Below are positions 60,262 to 64,000 of a stretch of DNA of 64,000 bases, one piece after another. The stretch lies in contig JAHPZI010000007.1 in NCBI GenBank assembly GCA_019058295.1, positions 1-64,000 on the forward strand, read 5' to 3'. Made by a program: the position numbers and the translations under genes. The DNA is from Promethearchaeota archaeon (GTDB lineage: Archaea; Asgardarchaeota; Lokiarchaeia; Sigyniarchaeales; SOKP01). Every line of letters starts with the position of its first letter. Within the stretch, counting starts at the first letter, position 1. A model generated the notes under the pieces. The model saw nothing but the letters and a program-made list of their open reading frames with translations. It was not told the DNA's origin and searched no databases.

Positions 60262-61680
60262 ATGTTTGTTGAGTATTTTTATTATCTAAAGGAAAGATTA
60301 CCCGTTAGTATTACGGAATATATGACTTTATTACAAGCCTTAGAAAAAGGTTTAATCCGTAACATGGTAGAATTCTATTACGTTTCGAGATCTATATTAT
60401 GTAAAAACGAGCACCATTTCGATATCTATGACATTGCCTTTGCAAATTTTTTCAAGGAAGCGTTAATTAAATTTCCGGAAGAATTAAAAAAAGAGATCTG
60501 GGATTGGCTTAATAAAGAAATAACCTTTCAGGAGTTAATAGAAGGTTTACAAATTTTATTAAGTGAATATGGACAATTTATGAATGTCGAGGATTTTCAG
60601 CAGTTAATTGAAGAGTTATTAAAAAAGGCAGAATCGGGGGAGTTAAAATTAATTAACGCTCCTAGTGAGATAAAGGATGAGATCTGGGAATGGCTACAAA
60701 GAAATTTTGATTTATCAAAAATAAATTCTGTAACTCAAGAATTTTTAAGCAAATTCTCTAATATCGAAGAATTGCAAAAATATTTTGAAGAATTGATGGC
60801 AAAACAAGATGCGGAACATAATTTCGGAAATCAATGGATCGGAACCCAAGGTACCTCACAATTTGGAAACGCAGGGCAAAATCCAATGGGAATGCTGGTT
60901 GGCGGTGGTGCGGGAATGCGTACGGCTGTTCAAATCGCACAAAAAAGAATTTTTCAAGATTATAGAAAAGATGTAGTCTTGGACACTAGACAAATTAAAG
61001 TAGCGTTAAAACGGCTTCGAAAATTGGAAGAAATTGGTAAACAAGATGAATTAAATATTGACAAAACAATTGATAAAACTGCTAAAAATGGTGGCGATAT
61101 TGAAATAATATTTGAAAAAAGAAGAAAAAATAATGTAAAACTCCTTCTTTTAATGGATGTTGGAGGTTCCATGACTCCTTACGCTCACCTGGTTAATCTC
61201 TTGTTTTCTGCCGCAAACAATATGTCTCATTGGAAGGATTTTAAATATTATTACTTCCATAATTGCATCTATGAGAGTTTGTATTTTAACGCGCAACGCA
61301 ATCCTGATGAAGCAATTTTATTTGACGACTTCTTAAGAAAATACGATAGTAGCTATCGAGTAGTCGCCGTAGGTGATGCTGCAATGGCATCATGGGAGCT
61401 TACCGAACGCTATGGTTCGATATATTATTATCACAGAAATGAGATGCCTGGAATTTATTATATCAGAGAGTTAGCCAATCATTTCAAAAATCATATTGTA
61501 TGGCTGAATCCCGAAATCATCAAATTTAATTGGCAACCTTGGACGCGTAAAATCATTTCTAGTATTATTCCTATGTTTGATTTAACTGTAGAAGGCATTG
61601 AGGAAGCGATGAATTATCTAAGAGAAAGCGGAAGACACATATACACAACCGTCCATCTCCTTAAAGGTTTTGCTTTTTAA
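60262..61680 (+). CDS. CoxE-like VWA-domain protein, paralog of 58414
   Basis: Same motifs (DVGGSM MIDAS). Internal duplicated EIW.WL segment. Confidence 0.92.
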   Translation: MFVEYFYYLKERLPVSITEYMTLLQALEKGLIRNMVEFYYVSRSILCKNEHHFDIYDIAFANFFKEALIKFPEELKKEIWDWLNKEITFQELIEGLQILLSEYGQFMNVEDFQQLIEELLKKAESGELKLINAPSEIKDEIWEWLQRNFDLSKINSVTQEFLSKFSNIEELQKYFEELMAKQDAEHNFGNQWIGTQGTSQFGNAGQNPMGMLVGGGAGMRTAVQIAQKRIFQDYRKDVVLDTRQIKVALKRLRKLEEIGKQDELNIDKTIDKTAKNGGDIEIIFEKRRKNNVKLLLLMDVGGSMTPYAHLVNLLFSAANNMSHWKDFKYYYFHNCIYESLYFNAQRNPDEAILFDDFLRKYDSSYRVVAVGDAAMASWELTERYGSIYYYHRNEMPGIYYIRELANHFKNHIVWLNPEIIKFNWQPWTRKIISSIIPMFDLTVEGIEEAMNYLRESGRHIYTTVHLLKGFAF

Positions 61681-61687
61681 GCAACAT

Positions 61688-62065
61688 TTATGTATTTAAG
61701 AAAAATCCTAAGCCAAATGCTAAAAGTAGATTTGCTATAAATGCCCGTTTCTTCTTTTTTTCTCCGAATTCTTTGAAATATTTTTTTCCCAACTTAACTT
61801 GCGCATCATTCAAATCTTCATAGATATATCCTTCCCTAATTAGAAAATAATAAATCTCTTCGCTTTTCTCTATTACAGCATATTCTGTAAAATTTTCTAT
61901 AAGAGTCGATCTCATTCGAATTATGTACTTCAGCTCGTCTTTTATCGCTGAAGGACGAAATATCATTTCTCCTTGATATAATTCCATCCTTTCCAGCAAT
62001 GCGATAATATCTTCCATAAAGACATAGTACCGATTCAAATCAACTTTATCTTTTGCAACGGGCAT
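61688..62065 (-). CDS. Hypothetical protein with C-terminal TM helix (tail-anchored)
   Basis: 125-aa ORF ending KKKKRAFIANLLLAFGLGFFLNT. Confidence 0.7.
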   Translation of the reverse strand: MPVAKDKVDLNRYYVFMEDIIALLERMELYQGEMIFRPSAIKDELKYIIRMRSTLIENFTEYAVIEKSEEIYYFLIREGYIYEDLNDAQVKLGKKYFKEFGEKKKKRAFIANLLLAFGLGFFLNT

Positions 62066-62146
62066 CTTAATTTTAATATAATATTAAGAAAATATAAACT
62101 TAAGGTGTAAAGTTTATATATTGGTTTAAACTTTTTTATATTAATT

Positions 62147-63055
62147 ATGAATGGTCTAAAGAAGCATTACACGAGAAAATTACAAAATATTAGTAGGTCA
62201 TATTTAGTAAGTTTGCCAAGCGAATTTTTAAAGAAACATGGATTAAAAGATAAAAAAAATGCATCAGTAATTATAAAAATCAATGAAGATTGGTCCTTGA
62301 CTATAATTCCTGAGAAATTAGCAGAACAAATTTCAGATGAGATAATAATTGAAGTATATAGAGAAGTCGCTCGTGAGGTTGTTGAGAAAGTACTGTCGGG
62401 TACAGAAAAAATTACTATTCTTTCTGATAAGAAAATTGATGAAGATATAAGAAAAGAAATACGATTTTTTGTTGATGGATTGCCTCAAGCTGAAATACTT
62501 GAAGATGAGGCTCAGAGAATTGTTGTATACAATATTGGTTTTAAGAATATTCCAAATAGAAAGATTTTACATCGATTATTATCAATCGTCTCTGATATAT
62601 TTGAAAATATTAAAAAAGAAAAAACATTAGAGTTAGAGCTGAATTTTAAAGATCTAAAAAAATTCTATATAATTTTAAATGGAAATATTCGGACATATCA
62701 TAATTCCGGATTTCTTGAGTATGGCGATGAAGAATTAACGCAAAAAAAAGCTTCAGACTATCGTATTTTCTCATACCAACTTAAAATAATAGGATATATT
62801 TTAAGGGATATCGAAATTGACGATTCTATTTTAGAGTTGTTCACTAAAATTGAAACTTATTTCAATGCGATTTTTGATGCCTTTTTGAAAAAGAACGAAC
62901 GATTAGCACACGAATTATGGTTTCAAAATCAACCTCTTGAACGAGAAGGTAGAAAACTTATGGATGGTGTGTCAAGTGAGTTTAAATATAAGATAAACCT
63001 TCTATTAATGATTGTTAAGATTTGTAGAAGTATGACGGCTCTATTGTATTCATGA
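62147..63055 (+). CDS. Archaeal phosphate-uptake-regulator-like protein (AbrB N-domain + PhoU-like)
   Basis: TRKLQNISRSYLVSLP...SLTIIP AbrB-type start followed by helical repeats. Confidence 0.78.
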   Translation: MNGLKKHYTRKLQNISRSYLVSLPSEFLKKHGLKDKKNASVIIKINEDWSLTIIPEKLAEQISDEIIIEVYREVAREVVEKVLSGTEKITILSDKKIDEDIRKEIRFFVDGLPQAEILEDEAQRIVVYNIGFKNIPNRKILHRLLSIVSDIFENIKKEKTLELELNFKDLKKFYIILNGNIRTYHNSGFLEYGDEELTQKKASDYRIFSYQLKIIGYILRDIEIDDSILELFTKIETYFNAIFDAFLKKNERLAHELWFQNQPLEREGRKLMDGVSSEFKYKINLLLMIVKICRSMTALLYS

Positions 63056-63111
63056 AAATATATTTTATTGACATTTTATAAAATATAGGCTTTTCAATTA
63101 AATTATTACAG

Positions 63112-63654
63112 CTATATTTCCTCGTGAGTTAATAATTTCCTAATTATTGTTTTGAAGGCTTCTCCTACATTTTCTCCAGTTTTCGCTGATGTTTTATAAA
63201 ATCCGAGAAATCCACGCTTATCAACTATTTTTTGAACTTCTGCATCTTTTGAGTTTTTATCAGCTACTAAATCGAGTTTATTTCCTAATATTACAATAGG
63301 GATATCACCACAAAACTTTTTTATATCACCGTGCCAAGCAGGTATTCGTTTTAAACTTTCCTTACCGTGATCAGAATCTTCTAAAGAAAAAACTATAATT
63401 CCACAGCTCGTACCCTTGTAAAAAACAGGTCGAAGAAAAAAATGGTCATCTTGTCCAGCTATATCCCATAAGGATAAATGACACTTTAGATTATCGACCT
63501 CGTCGGAATAAGATGAAAATTGAGCACCGATGGTTTTAGTATATTGCGTTTGAAACGAGGCTTGTGTGTATCTCCGAATTAAAGATGATTTTCCTACTTG
63601 CCCATCTCCAATAACTGTTACCTTAAAAACAAAGTCAGCCTCACTGTCACTCAT
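63112..63654 (-). CDS. Rab-like small GTPase
   Basis: FKVTVIGDGQVGKSS, TIGAQF, LWDIAGQ, GNKLD, TSAKTG. Confidence 0.93.
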   Translation of the reverse strand: MSDSEADFVFKVTVIGDGQVGKSSLIRRYTQASFQTQYTKTIGAQFSSYSDEVDNLKCHLSLWDIAGQDDHFFLRPVFYKGTSCGIIVFSLEDSDHGKESLKRIPAWHGDIKKFCGDIPIVILGNKLDLVADKNSKDAEVQKIVDKRGFLGFYKTSAKTGENVGEAFKTIIRKLLTHEEI

Positions 63655-63818
63655 AATAAAATCTTGTTTTTATTATTCTATGACATATAATATTCATTAA
63701 ATTTTAACATCTATTATTAAGAAATAACTTCATTATAAAGTAGAGATAAAAATATTAAAATGAAGTTAATAATATTTGCATTTAAACAGTGTGAATAATA
63801 ATAATTACGTGCTGATTT

Positions 63819-64000
63819 TTGACAGAACTGGATAGAAATTTAGAATGTATATTTGTAATGGTAGGGGCAATTTTTGTTGCATCTATTGTCATTATTGCAG
63901 CAATTTTATCGTATTTTGAGATGGGATATAATCCGATTGAATATACTATTAGCGAACTAGCACTTTATAGATATAGAACATTATTTAGTATTGGTTTAGT
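63819..64000 (+). CDS. Membrane protein, DUF998-like (partial, runs off window)
   Basis: TTG start, TM helix, then GYNPIEYTISELA. Confidence 0.6.
   Translation, partial: MTELDRNLECIFVMVGAIFVASIVIIAAILSYFEMGYNPIEYTISELALYRYRTLFSIGL

Noticed and set aside
10707-61172. Numerous antisense/overlapping ORFs in the track (e.g. 11721, 16195, 48523, 50668, 59788)
   Set aside because: They lie within well-supported genes on the other strand or frame and lack motifs.

Overview
AT-rich archaeal window, most likely from an Asgard archaeon (Lokiarchaeia). This is inferred from uL16/L10e, Rab-, Rag- and MglA-like GTPases, longin/DENN-like and arrestin-like proteins, a Loki-type C-terminal anchor and UGA-recoded Hdr genes. 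From left to right it holds two tandem giant kelch-repeat surface proteins, a membrane pyrophosphatase, RNase P RNA, dnaK-dnaJ with a divergent grpE, a methylmalonyl-CoA mutase/MeaB operon, a group of eukaryote-like trafficking/GTPase genes, a large Hdr/Mvh/FrhB flavin-bifurcation cluster, acyl-CoA enzymes, and a MoxR-VWA pair. Four observations stand out. (1) A 30-nt stop-containing insertion (54449-54478) in an HMG-CoA-synthase-like gene folds into a bulge-helix-bulge whose canonical cut sites restore the frame exactly, making it a candidate tRNA-endonuclease-type mRNA intron. (2) An HdrA (36041-38020), split in the ORF track, has five in-frame UGA codons, all at Cys-ligand positions. It is followed by an unannotated MvhD with two more UGAs and a SECIS-like hairpin. 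(3) The 219-nt kelch repeats carry a hypervariable two-codon site. (4) Four otherwise unrelated proteins share a C-terminal module I do not recognise.
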